In this document: positions 50,515 through 64,000 of the stretch, one piece after another | Numbering within the stretch: the stretch's first letter is position 1 | Layout: each line of letters starts with the position of its first letter | NCBI RefSeq assembly: GCF_006345805.1 | Contig: NC_043001.1 | Span: 46,314,001 to 46,378,000 of the forward strand | Source of the DNA: Octopus sinensis | Lineage: Eukaryota | Direction: 5' to 3' | Length of the DNA: 64,000 bases | Notes under the pieces: model-generated | What the model was told of the DNA's origin: nothing | The model's input: the letters and a program-made list of their open reading frames with translations, nothing else | The model's database searches: none | Made by a program: the position numbers and the translations under genes

Positions 50515-51794
50515 TCGTGTCTCGTTATGCTTATCCCTTGCCACCGCACGACAGCCGATATTGGCTTGTTCATGTCTCCTGAAGTTAACGATTCTGTATC
50601 TCTAGGATTAGTTGATAGATTTGCTCGACTAATCCTTTCAACCCGCTACCCCCAATGAACCTGCAATCTAGCGCAAGTAAAAGATAAAAGATCTCAGGTT
50701 GTATACAAATTATTCTTGCTAAATGCCTATGATATAATATACTGCTATAACGCCAACGATGTTTTTGTTTTTAATATAATACTTAAAAGTTCTGCTTCCC
50801 TTTCGTATTCGAAAGCAAGTAATAAGATATTTCTTACATACGTAGGAACAGGGTTACAAATTTTAGAAGGGCATAGTTGTTTGTATCGACTCCGATACTT
50901 AATTAGTATTTATTTTATTGAAAGACGAAAGACAAATTCGTACACAGCATGATTTGTATTCACTGCTCAAACGGATGTAACTAAACACCACGTGATATCT
51001 TGTCCGAAGTTCTACTCATTTTGTCATATAACAACGAAATAGAACCAGTACTGATAACATCTCCTGTAGCAGAACATATTCTGCAAAGCACTTAGTATGT
51101 CTATATTACTAATTACTGAAAGAATGTAACACAGTCATGAGACGAATGAGCGCGCCTGTTTGGACTATGGCCTATTTTGGACATTGTACCTATTTTAGCA
51201 TTGGAGGCAAACGCACACACACGCGCACGCAGAAAGACACACATACAAAGTGAGCGAGAGGGAAGGAAAGAGAGAGACAGAAAGGGCGAGAGAGAGAAAC
51301 GAGAGAAACATAAAAATGTCGGATGTCAAATAAGTCAACGTCGATTCAGCAACGTCAAATAAGCGGTGCCAAGCTATGCCAAAATGTCTCGAAGTTATGT
51401 AACATAATAGCGGCTTGATTATAGTTTCAACGGAAGCAGCATATTCTTGGGTTTTAGCCAGATATTTCCGTCACTTTCACTTACGTCATTGTTATTATGG
51501 TTTAACAGCAGGTCGCCCCTGATCTCGAAAACCTATAATCGAAGGGATTCTAATCTGACTTTTTAAGATTACATTATTTAATGTAACCTCTCTTTATACA
51601 AGATAGTAAAGTTGGATTTAAGGTAGATTTGACTGCTATTTCTAGGTCAAGCGACCGAGGAGGGTTTCTCTCGTTGATACGAGCCACGTATGTATCTATA
51701 CTGAGTGTAGAGAACAAACATAATAACACAGCAAAATGCTTGAAACGAACTGGAACTCACAATATAGGAGTTGGTAGTAAAAGGAATACACCAA

Positions 51795-52012
51795 ATATTG
51801 GTTTCGAATTTTGACACAAGGCCAGCGATGTAAGGATGGGGGCTAAGCTGATTACCTCGGCCCCAGTGTTCAACTGGCATTTATTTTATTGATACCGAAA
51901 GGATGAAAGTCAAAGTCAACCTAGGCGGAATTCGAACTCAGAACGTAAAGACAGACGAAATGCCGCTTAGAATTTTGCCCGGCGTGCTAACAATTCTGCC
52001 AGCTAGACGCCT
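51795..52012 (-). mobile_element. Family A SINE with tail type 2
   Basis: GGTTTCGAATTTTGACACAAGGCCAGC...GGAATTCGAACTCAGAACG...CTGCCAGCTAGACGCC. Confidence 0.85.
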
Positions 52013-52040
52013 TGGGTACGCCAAATATCAACGTAGAGTG

Positions 52041-52170
52041 AACTAGAAAAGCACTCGGAGAGAGCAAACCTCCGCAAAGCAGCTTATTTCTACCCATATA
52101 CACACATGCTGAAAATCGTCCAATTTCCCAAACCAACGCTGGCAAAATCATAAGCTCCTTGGCGGGGTTA
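52041..52170 (+). mobile_element. Short Helentron-associated (HINE-like) element
   Basis: 5' AACTAGAAAAGCACTCGGAGAGAGCAAACCTCCGCAAAG and 3' AAGCTCCTTGGCGGGGTT; subterminal inverted motif CCTCCGC(C)AAG / CTTGGCGG(A)GG. Confidence 0.65.
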
Positions 52171-52489
52171 AAAAAACACAACACAGCCATATGATTTTTA
52201 TAAAAAACCTTTAAAAACAGGAATCATCTGAAGCAGTTACAATACATCAATAATAACAGCAAGCTAGTTTCACCATACAACTAAAAAGAAACAACAATTA
52301 ACTAAAACTTAAGTGATACACACACAACGCGAGTAAGATTACTAATAGAGAAACGAAAATAAGCTTTGGAAACAGCAACGCCACCATAAGTTACGTTGAA
52401 ACGATGAACGTGTTCTCAAGGGAGATGATCAAAGAATGTAACATTGTAATACTTCATGTAAAGTAAATATAACAAATGAATAATCCTTC

Positions 52490-52668
52490 AAGAATCCATA
52501 AAATTTCATCCAAAATTTCATCGTCTGTTCCTTGTGTCATCACCAACGTTTCCTACAAGTTTCATCAAATACCGTTCACAACTTTTTGAGTTATTTTGCA
52601 CACAGTCGGACAGACGGACAAACCAACGCCGATGAAAACGTAACCTCCTTCCTTGGCGGAGGTAGTAA
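52490..52668 (+). mobile_element. HINE/Helentron-like 3' portion
   Basis: AAGTTTCATCAAATACCGTTCA...GGACAGACGGACAAACCAACGCCGATGAAAACGTAACCTCCTTCCTTGGCGGAGGTA. Homologous to the 52130-52170 end. Confidence 0.7.
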
Positions 52669-52751
52669 GTTAAATACTATACCGCCAGTCTTATCGAAAT
52701 GTGATAACGCGAAACTCGTAGTAATATGGTGTAAGTCTTAATTTGAAACTC

Positions 52752-52815
<64 letters not shown>

Positions 52816-52816
52816 C

Positions 52817-52859
<43 letters not shown>

Positions 52860-52951
52860 AATAAATCTAGTAGATACTTATGTCTGAATGCATGAGATAG
52901 AATATGGGTGCGTATGTATCACGTTCATTTACATAAGTATACACTTACATA

Positions 52952-52993
<42 letters not shown>

Positions 52994-53438
52994 CTACGTC
53001 TACGTAAACGAATGTGGATGTGTACATTATTCGCCAGGAAATGCGTATTATATGTGTGCGCATGTGTATACACGTAGATGCATAAGTGCCTTTATGCGTA
53101 TCTACATAGACGCATATGTGCATATATGCGTATGTGCATATATGCATACATATGCGAATATTGTGTGCACGAGTCTGTCTGTTATTGTGCGCATTAACAG
53201 GGTATAAATAGGGTGGTTTGATTATTATATTAATACGGATTGATTGATTAAAAGATTTACCGACTAAAATAGACAGATTAAATTAATAGCGAATTACATA
53301 CATACGTAGATTGTACACACACACACACACACTCACTTCGTATATCTCCCTCTGTGTATGTGTATATTTGCTTGTGTGTATATAATTGTGTGTGTGCATG
53401 TGTATGTATATCTATCACTGTCTATGTATGTATGACTG

Positions 53439-53525
<87 letters not shown>

Positions 53526-53583
53526 CTATCTATCTGCCTATCTATCTATCTGTCTGTCTGTCAGTCTGTCAGTCAGTCTGTCT

Positions 53584-53653
<70 letters not shown>

Positions 53654-53804
53654 TACTATAAATAAATGCCCACATGCACGCATATATGTATATAAATTTC
53701 TACGTATATGCATGTAATTATATGCAGGTGCTTCTCGTATATGCACATATATATACATATATATGCATATATGTATATATATGTATATATATATAAATAT
53801 ATAC

Positions 53805-53844
<40 letters not shown>

Positions 53845-54099
53845 ATGTAAATATATGTATATATGCACGTGTGTGCACGTATACATACACAGACAAACAC
53901 ATACACGCACACACACATACACACGGATTACACACGTACGTATGTATGAAATAGCCCATTAATGCACATAATCGAAATTGCATTAGTTTTCTTCCACGTT
54001 CTCTCCATACCTCCTCCCTGCTTCTCTTCTTCCTTCCCCTCATTCACCTCGCTTCCTTCCTGCCTACTCTCCTTCCATCCATCCATCCATTCATCCTTC

Positions 54100-54482
54100 C
54101 TTGTTCACAACCATATACCACTACCACCTCTGAAACTGCCGCCACCACCACCACCACCACCATCACCACCACCACCACCACCACCACCACCATCACCACC
54201 GCTGCCATCGCCGCTGCTGCCGTTACCACCAGGACTGTTTGTAGCTGTTGTGATCGTACCGAGAGACTTGTTTATAACAGCCATCTCAAGTGGTGAGATA
54301 ATTAAATCAAACGAAAATCAAAGGATGGGTAAATCATGGTTGCGAAGAAGTGATGACGATGACGATGATAGTGAGATGATGGTGACGACTACGACAAGGA
54401 CGACGACGATGAGATGGCGATGATGTTGATGATGATGATGATGATGGCGATGATGTTGATGATGATGATGATGATGATGTTG

Positions 54483-54532
<50 letters not shown>

Positions 54533-55074
54533 AACGGCAACAAGATGATGATGATGATAACGGCAACAAGATGATGATGACGATGGTGGCTGTGGTGAGT
54601 GAAGGCAACGGCGATGCTGAAGGCGACAACTACGATGGGGTGACGATGCTGCTGCTGCTGCTACTGATTATGATGATGATGGTGATGGTGATAGTGATGA
54701 TGATGATGATGATGACGATGACGATGATGATGATGATGATGATGATGATGTGGATGATGATGATGATGATGATGATTGTGGTGGTGGTGGTGGTGGTGAT
54801 GGTGATGATGATGATAATGATGATGATGGTGATGGTGATGATAACGATGATCGTGGTGATGAAATGATTGGTAATGACGATGATGGTGATGACAATGCTG
54901 GTAATAATGATGTTGATAAGTAAGCAAAAATAAAAAAAGAAGAAGAAAAGGAATGCATGAGGATTTAATTACAAAAGGCTTCAGATGTAAGTAGACTTAG
55001 GAAAGTTAATGAAAATGGCGATGGATCTAGTGGTGTTGGTGGTGGTGTTAGCTGTTGTGGTGGTGGTGGTTGTG

Positions 55075-55112
<38 letters not shown>

Positions 55113-55447
55113 GGTAGTAGTAGTAGTAGTAGTGGTGGTGGTGGTGGTGTTGTTGTTGGTGGTGGTGGTGGTAGCTGTTGTGGTGGTGGTGGTTGTGGTA
55201 GTAGTAGTAGTAGTAGTAGGAGTGGTGGTGGTGGTGGTGGTGGTAGCTGTTGTGGTGGTGGTGGTTGTGGTAGTAGTAGTAGTAGTAGTGGTGGTGGTGG
55301 TGGTGGTGGTGGTGGTGGTGGTGGTGGTTGTGGTGGTGTCGATGATGGTGGTGATGGTGATGCCTGAATCATTCACGGTAGTAAGTGCTGGTGATGGTGT
55401 TGGTAGTGATGGTCTTTCAGATGGCAACAGTAGATACGGTGTGGTGC

Positions 55448-55488
<41 letters not shown>

Positions 55489-55880
55489 GCAGTGGTGTGA
55501 TGATGGTGGTGGTGGTGGTTTGTAGCAGTGGTAGTGATGGTGGTGGTGGTGCTGATGGTGATGACCACAGTGGTGGTGTTGATGTTGATTATGGTGGGTG
55601 GTGGTGGTGTGGTTTGTGGCAGTGGTGGTGATGGTGATGACCATAGTGGTGGTGTTGATATTGATTGTGGTGGTGGTGGTAGTGGTGGAGGTGGTCTTGG
55701 TGGTGTTCTTGGTGGTGGTGGTGCTGCTGCAGCCATTGCTGAAGGCGATGGCTCTAGCGGTGGTGGTGATAAGTTCATGATTATGTCGATGGTGGGGGTA
55801 CAGTTGAGGTGAAGGTAACGTCAGAGTTAGTGATGATGGTGGTAGCGGTGATATTGGTGATGGTGATGGTAGAGGTGTAG
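54100..55880. repeat. ~1.8-kb mosaic of triplet repeats (CCA, then GAT/GGT/GTA)
   Basis: Directly visible; source of all long low-complexity ORFs here. Confidence 0.95.
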
Positions 55881-56093
55881 ACATCAGAGACAGTGTTGTA
55901 GTGTAGGGGAATGAGTCGTTTAGTTTGTAACAAATAATTCAAATATAACCCCACCTCTCTTTTTCTCTCATTCCCTCTCGCTCCCTCTCTCTCTCTCTGA
56001 CATACAGACACATGCTAATATATGTACATTCATCTATGTATATGCATGTTTTCATGCATATATACACATACATAAACACAACCATACACTTCG

Positions 56094-56152
<59 letters not shown>

Positions 56153-56160
56153 GATCTTTT

Positions 56161-56272
56161 CTCTTATACTTGTTTCTGTCATTAGACTACGGCCTTGCTG
56201 GAGCACCGCTAGGTTACGGAGACATAAACAATCCAGCATCAGTTGTCAAGGGATAGCAGGGGAACAAATAGA

Positions 56273-56317
<45 letters not shown>

Positions 56318-56535
56318 TATATATATACATACATACACATATACATAAATACACACGCACACACACACATATATATATATATATACAAGCTTCTTTCAGT
56401 TTCCGTCTACCAAATCCACTTACAAGTCTTCGGTTGTCCCGAAACTATAGTAGAAGGCACTTGTCTAGGTACGACACAGTGGGACTGAACCTGGAATCAT
56501 GTGGTTAGGAAGAAAGCTTCTTACAGCCACGCCTG
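56161..56535 (-). mobile_element. Family B SINE (partly deleted 3' half, internal microsatellite)
   Basis: CTTTCAGTTTCCGTCTACCAAATCCAC...GTGGGACTGAACCTGGAATCATGTGG. Confidence 0.82.
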
Positions 56536-56601
<66 letters not shown>

Positions 56602-56619
56602 TATATTATATATCTATAT

Positions 56620-56650
<31 letters not shown>

Positions 56651-56651
56651 C

Positions 56652-56850
56652 TTGATTTGTCCCCCTACCATCTATTGACAACCAATCGATGCTTGTGTAT
56701 TTATGTCCCCGTAAGCTAGCTTTTCGGCCAAAGAGATCGATAGGCTTACAGAGAATAAGTCGTGGGGTTGATTTCTTCGACTAATACCCTTTAAGGCGAT
56801 ACTCCAGCACGGCCGCAGTCGAATGACTGAAACAAGAGAATAAAAGAATA
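56652..56850 (+). mobile_element. Family B SINE 3' half, inverted relative to the preceding copy
   Basis: TTGTCCCCCTACCATCTATTGACAACC...CTCCAGCACGGCCGCAGTCGAATGACTGAAACAAG. Confidence 0.8.
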
Positions 56851-57928
56851 AGAGCATACATACATACATACATACTACATACATACATACATACATACAT
56901 ACATACTACATACATACATACATATATACATACGCACGTACGTATGTATAAGAGCATAGTTACCAATGTCAGTTATTCAGTCTGAAGTCAGATTGATAGC
57001 CATCTAAGCGGAAGTTGAGTCAAAGCAAATAGGCTTTAAAAAATTTATTAGTTTGCAGTAAATTGTAAGTCAAACAAAGTGAGTCATGTTAACTCTGATT
57101 GTCATCTTTGTACCTATCACCCTATATGTAAAGGAATGATGTAGTTTATGGCAATTCTGTTATCGCCGTTGTCGTTTCAGCCCTTATAGTAGTGACTTAT
57201 AATCAGAGTTATGCCGGCCATGCCCTTCCCTTATTTTTCTTTTGAATTCGTATATTTAGGGTTATATTAATTACATTTCTTCCTAGGGCAGCGAGCTGGC
57301 AGAATCGTTAGCACGCCGAGCGAAGTGCTTCGCGGTGCTTGTTCCGGCTTAGATGCTGAGTTCAATTTCTGCCGTGGTCGGATCTGCCTTTCGTGGTCGA
57401 TAAAATAAGTACCAGGTGCGTACTGGTTCAGTGTAATTTACCCTCATTACGCCTACATTACAAAGAATTATTCATCGTTTGATCTTTTGCCTTCAGAGAA
57501 AGCGTGAGTGTGTTATAGTTGTCTAATTCCCAGATTTGCTTTAATTAAGCAGACTCATGTGTAAATGTGTTCCAGATGTGACCATCCTTTCCTAAATATT
57601 TTTTTGTTTAGATTTCATAATGTAAGACTACATTGTGCAACCTGTGTCTCGTCGTATAAAAAGTATGACATTGCTGTTGTTGCTGATGTTGTGTAGCAAA
57701 ATCATAATAAAAGCTTTCCTTCCATCACCACTTGACAACCGATACTGGTTTGTTTACATCCCCGTTATCTAGCAGTTCAGCAAAAGAGATCAATAGAATA
57801 AACACCAGGCTTTACAAAACCAAGTACTGGGGTCGATTCAAGGCGGTGCCCTAGCATGACTGCACTCCAATGACTGCAACAAATAAAAGAAAGATAAAAG
57901 ATGTGTCGTAGCTTACGTTAGTCTAGAC

Positions 57929-58087
57929 CAGTGCTCCTCAACCGGCATGCCGCGGTACACTGGTGTACCACGAGACGATGCTATGTGTGCTGCAGTGTAA
58001 CCTGAATATAACTTTTTCCCTATACTTTTAGTTATATCTTTAATTCAGGTGTGCCGCCGAATTTTGAAAAAAGGTTACAGAGCACTA
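57929..58087. mobile_element. hAT MITE 1 of a stacked pair
   Basis: TIRs CAGTGCTCCTCAACC / GGTTACAGAGCACTA; TSD GTCTAGAC at 57921-28 and 58088-95. Confidence 0.8.
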
Positions 58088-58095
58088 GTCTAGAC

Positions 58096-58444
58096 CAGAG
58101 GTTTTCAACCGATATTTGTTTTTTTTATTTATGAAGCCCTTTTGATTATTATTTTATCCTGGTGGACCCCAGAGCCATTTCATGCTTAAAAACTAGATTT
58201 ATAGAAGCTTATATTAAAATTCCTACTTTGATTTTCAGACACTAACTTGTGCAGGTTGAACCATATAAAATGTTAGAGAAATAAAGCTAGCTGCTTCTTG
58301 CAATAAATGCATCGTAAGCAAGAATTTTCGCCAACACTTAAAATACTACTGCGGATCCCCAATTTACTATTTTACTGGTGTTGACCCCCCCAAAATCTTC
58401 TATGGACCCTCAGAGGTCATATGGACTCCGGTTGAGAATCACTA
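58096..58444. mobile_element. hAT MITE 2 of a stacked pair (related to 17135-17392, inverted)
   Basis: TIRs CAGAGGTTTTCAACCG / CGGTTGAGAATCACTA; TSD GTCTAGAC / GTCAAGAC (58445-52). Confidence 0.82.
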
Positions 58445-59019
58445 GTCAAGACGATGAGCATTTAGTTGCCCCATCAACTAAACTAATTACTCGTTAAACT
58501 AACGTGGAAGTGGACGAGTATTCCACAGAAACATATACCTTTAACGTAATTCTCAGGCAGAATCAGAGTAATACAGTATCTGACAAGGGCTGACCATTGA
58601 ATTATCGATACAGTCAATTTGTCAAGGTTCTGCAAAGTTTCCTCCTATCCAGTTTCACTTGTAAGGCTTGGATCGAACAGAAACTATATTAAAATACAAT
58701 GTAATTGACTAGTTCTCTGCTTCAAAATTTCAGGCCTTGTGCCTTTTGTAGAAAGGATTATTTTTGGATCAACAGAATATGTACCTACTGGTTTGGAGCA
58801 AAGTATGGCAGAACTTGAGTCTTTGTGGGGAGAGGACAGAATATAGCTCCTTAAACCACACGCTACAAATTATTACGATACGTGGGACAATAAAAATCTG
58901 TAAGACATTCTTAAGATTTAATGGATGATTAACAAAAGATGCTTTCCTTCAAAACCTTACTACCAAGCAGAAGACCGACCAAATGAACTCAAAATTACAA
59001 AGAGAAAAAGAACACCTAT

Positions 59020-59780
59020 CTACATACATGCACACATACATACATACGTCCATACATACATACATACATACATACATACATACATACATACATACATACA
59101 TACATACATACATACATGCGTACATAGATACATGCATACATACACACACACGCATACATACTTACATGCATACATACATGCATGCATACACACATACGTA
59201 CATGCATACGTACATACATACATATATACATATATATACATGCATACATACATACATGCATACATACATACATACATACATACATACATACATACATACA
59301 TACATACATACATACATGTACACATACATACACAAGCATACGTATATGCATGTATGCATACATACATACATGCATACACATACATACATACACACATGCA
59401 TGCATGCATACATGCATATATACATATATGCACACATATATACATACATACATCCATCCATACAAATAGAGAGACAGACAGACCGACTCGTACATACATT
59501 AAAACGTATGCAGCTACATATATACTTATATGCAGACATACATACATGCATACTTACGTAAATAGGTATATACATATACGCATACACATGGTCATACAAA
59601 TACACATGTGTACACATAAATTTATACACATAACCACACACATATAGACATGCATATACACGCAGACACTAGCAAACGCAAACGTGTTCGAAGCCACACG
59701 TTTACAAATACACACTCATACACGTACACATACATACACATATACACACACATGCATACACGTACAGATACACACACGCA
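59020..59780. repeat. Long degenerate (TACA)n/(CA)n tract
   Basis: Directly visible; explains the overlapping YIHT/MYVC ORFs. Confidence 0.95.
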
Positions 59781-60328
59781 CATTGGCTTATACACATCTC
59801 TACTGAGAATGTGAAGAAGAATGATGATGGTGGGACGTGATGGTGGTGGTGGTGGTGGTGAGGAGGGGGGGGGGTAAACCAAGCTAGGATTGCTATTGGT
59901 TAAAAAAAGATCAATGCGTTTTGCATGATACGTCACAGTCACGGGTTCTTGAAATGGAGTTTGGTAGTGGTGTGGGTGGATAAGGAAAAGAAAGAGAACG
60001 ATAGTTTGAAGGAGTGGGGAGAGGAGAGACTTCAGAGTAGGTGTGAGATTTATTAATGGGTGACCATGAAATTTCGCAGGGGTGAGGTGCGGTGCTGCTG
60101 TTCTTGTTGTTTAACCCCAGGTAAACCCTGAATAGGTAGGCCTATAACCAAAGCATTCCAACAGTGACCATCCCGGCTTTATTTTTAGTACAAAGAACTC
60201 AGGACCACATTAGTAAACGTGCCAGCTGTTATTTTTAGCAAGTCGAGTAGAAATCCTTAGTTGTGTTGATGTATATATAGGAGGTGGTATGACAGTGCAA
60301 TGCTAGAAGTGGTCATGGTGTCCTCGTC

Positions 60329-60360
<32 letters not shown>

Positions 60361-60929
60361 CACCAGCATTCCAGGTGGAATTGGTAATGGTGGACGTATG
60401 GCGGTGGTGATGTTGGTGGTGGCGGTGGTTGTGACGGTAATCGTAGTTTGGTAGTACTAGCAAAGATGATCGTGATGTTGGAGTTTGAAATGGTGGAGTT
60501 TGAGGTTATGCGTTCCCAGTGTATATAGAACATACGAGGAAATACTAATAGCGTATGTATACTAAAATCGTGAAGCAAGTTACTTAATAACAGGTTAATC
60601 AGATATGAGATAATAACAATTCAAAGTAAATAAGTCTGAAAAGGGCTTTTGTACGTTCCCAGAGAATATTACCCTGAGATGCGCTAGTGTTGGTATATTC
60701 GTCACTAACCGAAATTAGTGGATCTATTATTTAGGAAAATACTATTTACTTGTTTAAGGGTTGTACTGGATACATTACGGAAATAACTCTAACAGTTCAA
60801 ATACTAAGAAATAAGCATACTCAATATCATTTTACCAAATAATTTAGGAATAATAATGGGTAATTTCCCTTGGCTATATATAAGGATCTCTTCCAGGGGC
60901 CCTATTATCGATTTTCTCAACAATCTGCG

Positions 60930-61055
60930 GTTTCCAGACATGAGTTCTACTCACGTGTCAAGTTTCATCAAAATCGATAAAACGATGTAGGAGGAGTTAG
61001 CTAACAACTCCACAAACACACCCACAGACAGAATTTCCCACATATGTAGTTGATA
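60930..61055 (+). mobile_element. Helitron/HINE-like 3' end
   Basis: GTCAAGTTTCATCAAAATCG...GTAGGAGGAGTTAG...CACAAACACACCCACAGACAGAATTTC. Confidence 0.5.
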
Positions 61056-61544
61056 AACCAACATAGTAGATACTCAAACATGGAAAATTTCGCCGTGAAT
61101 TGATGATGAACACCCTTAATCGATTATTGAACCTTATTGCATTCTCATCAGAAGTTATCTGCATCATTTAATCAATCCATGATATACAAGTAGCCAATGG
61201 GTTTATATACACAACAGATCCATTAGTTTCAGAGAATTGGAGTTACTAATTTTCATGCTATAAGTAATCAACATTTTATTTAATATCTTTTCTACTTTAT
61301 GCACAAGTTCTGAAATTTTGGAGAAGGTGGCAAGTCAATTACATCGACCCTACTGTGTAACTGGTATTTATTTCATCGACCCCGAAAGGATGTAAAGCAA
61401 AGTTGTCCTTGGCAGAATTTGAAAGCACTTTATTTAATATCAATATATAAAACTGAGGGTGTGGCTGTTACTTGAGAGTCACATACGCGATGTGTGTATG
61501 TGTGAGTGAAAGAGAGAGAGAGAAAGAGAGAGAGAGAGAAAGAA

Positions 61545-61603
<59 letters not shown>

Positions 61604-62594
61604 TGTGTGTGTGTGTGTGTGTATCGGTTGCACCCCAAATTTGTGATGAATCTTGGTACGAAATTTTTCCCTTTATAGTTTTAGCTTTGCCTTGTATATA
61701 AATCGTACCCCAGTTTTTTTACGGTTGAAATCAAGTATATAATTGTGCGACTTGTACTCGATCAAATACATTGTATCTAAATCATTTTTGCCATATTTAA
61801 TAATTTACATTATTGTGTTTTCTAGAAATAAATTTTGCGTTTCAGTGTAGTGAAAACATTTAAAGCGTATCTTGCCTGTTTTGTGAATATGCTTTCGGTT
61901 TCTTGTTTACGTTAACTAAATAATCTGTTAGAAACTTGTACAGGTAAAAATGTATCATAACTTATCTCGTATAAAGCTGCAGTTTTGTATGTTAATATTA
62001 TGGATTTTGGTGACATTTTATTGCTTCTATTTGTTTCAAGAACGGGCTTAGCTTGAGTGGGAAATCGTTATTATAAATTCTACATTATACATCATACAAA
62101 AAAAGTTACTTTCAAGGGCGTCTAAATCTTTATTGTGTTAGGCACATCTGGGATTTGAAACTGAGACCATGCTCTTCTTATATGGTTTTGTTATCTCTTT
62201 GCTCATAAATGCAAAAATAAATAAATAAATAGATAAAGAAATGCAAAAATACATTCCATCCCATATATTTTATCATCCTTTCTGTTTTATGGCGTGTACT
62301 TTCATGTAGGGTTTCTGTGGTTAAATCAGGATATTTTCCATAGAGAAGTTCAGACGTAAATATATTCTTCGTTGGCATTCTGTGTTTACAAGCAATGAAA
62401 ATGCTCTTTTATATAATAGCTATAGTATATTTTTTCTCAATCTGTTCATGTTTGCAGTTGAGCAAGAAGGTCGTCTGGACGAAATTTAGATCCAGTAGTG
62501 TAATCCAGTTAATGACAAACACATACTGAACTGTATACATTATAGGGTGTATCAGGCACGTTTTATAATTTATAATATGTATATAGTTGGAATT

Positions 62595-62945
62595 TACAAA
62601 AGACGAAGACAGGTGTATAAACAACAAACAGGTGTATTAGTTTAATGCTCGGGAAGGTGAGATACTCTTCTACGTTTCGAGTCTACGCTCTTCAACAGAA
62701 AGGAACACGAGAAAATAAACAGAAACTAAAGAACGCTTTAGTGGCTAGCGGTCGATCATGGCTGGACGGAGATATACATGCATATATGGGTACAGGACAT
62801 CACCAACGGTTCAGACAACATGAAATACGTAAGCAAACTGGTTAAATACACAGACGAGAAAAAAAATGGAGAACAGGACAACTAAACACAGAGAAAGGAC
62901 TCTTCATCAGTTGTCGGCAGTCCACCTACTCTTCATTTCGAGCAT
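62595..62945 (-). mobile_element. Penelope-like non-autonomous fragment with minimal hammerhead-like motif (62667-62702)
   Basis: Minus strand CTTT CTGTTGA A GAGC GTAG ACTC GAAA C GTA GAAG. Confidence 0.7.
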
Positions 62946-62954
62946 ATATCTATA

Positions 62955-63036
<82 letters not shown>

Positions 63037-63215
63037 TACATACATACATAGACAGATAGATAGATAGATAGATAAATAGATACATACATACATAGATACG
63101 TACAAATACACATACATACATACATACAAATATACATACATATGCATACATGGCACTTTATGAGTGTGAAACCAATGGTTACTCTGACAGGCTATAATTT
63201 TTAACTTCCTAAAAT

Positions 63216-63273
<58 letters not shown>

Positions 63274-64000
63274 CAAAAAATTATAAAGAATACGGAGAAA
63301 AGTACATCATCAATTTGTTTTTCTTAATTTTATAGTTGGTCATGCAACATAATCCTTTGGTTACAATATATAGATACATTCACACGCGAACACACACACA
63401 CATGTATGTGTGTGTGTGCGTGCGCGTAGGTACGTAAGGGCGTTTGTGAATTTGTTTGCATGAGTATGCGTGAGTGTTTGTGCTTGAATTTGTATGTAAG
63501 AAAAAGAAAGCATTATTTTTTTTTGTTCCAGAACTACTGCGAAAGTTCACTGAAGATCGCTGCTTTTGAAATTACAAAGCGCTAGCATGAAACTATAGTA
63601 AAAGAGTAACAACAGGGACTAAACTATATAACTGCATTCTACTCTGCGTTTGTATGGAACACTTTAGTTTTCGATATTTATGACACAAAAGGGAAAAAAA
63701 TATTAGAACCACAAACTAGACTATATAAATATCAGCAAATTCAATTAGATAGCATGAAAATATCCCAGTGAGAAAGAAAAAGAGAAAATATTCAACATAG
63801 TTTCCTATTTTTGAAGTAACATTTTACTGGTGCAGTGCTACAGCTTCGTTTCTTAGTTTTATACCACCCACTTCTTTACAGAAAGGATTGAAAGTATAAC
63901 AAAAGATATAGACACCCCACTCTACCATGCGTACGCACACACACGTATAAGTACGTGTGTATGTATGTATGTATGTATGTACGTATGTATGCATGGATGT

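Noticed and set aside
62895-62945. Type II hammerhead on the minus strand (GCTCGAAA...CTGATGAAGAGT)
   Set aside because: Core words are present, but stems I and III cannot be paired around a valid NUH site.

Overview
AT-rich, microsatellite-saturated eukaryotic intronic or intergenic DNA. The repeat families look like those I recall from octopus genomes; this is an inference from the SINE types and repeat density, not a database result. I found no credible host protein-coding exon, rRNA, functional tRNA or CRISPR array. Every ORF in the supplied track is either a translation of simple repeats or a transposon remnant. The window contains several tRNA-derived SINE families (Nin/Deu-type and CORE-type), decayed RLE-type (R4/Dong-like) and RTE LINE fragments, Penelope-like element (PLE) remnants, mariner, Tigger and hAT MITEs, and Helitron/Helentron-type ends. 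The most interesting observations are: (1) five minimal hammerhead-ribozyme-like motifs in PLE-derived repeats, four with an unusual A6U core; (2) head-to-tail SINE multimers with an identical palindromic junction at two loci; (3) a ~550-bp non-coding element always embedded in (TAA)n, next to Dong-like retrotransposon remnants; (4) a pre-miRNA-like 22-bp hairpin; (5) two hAT MITEs stacked on one GTCTAGAC target. Coordinates were read by eye and decayed-repeat boundaries are approximate (about +/-10-20 bp).
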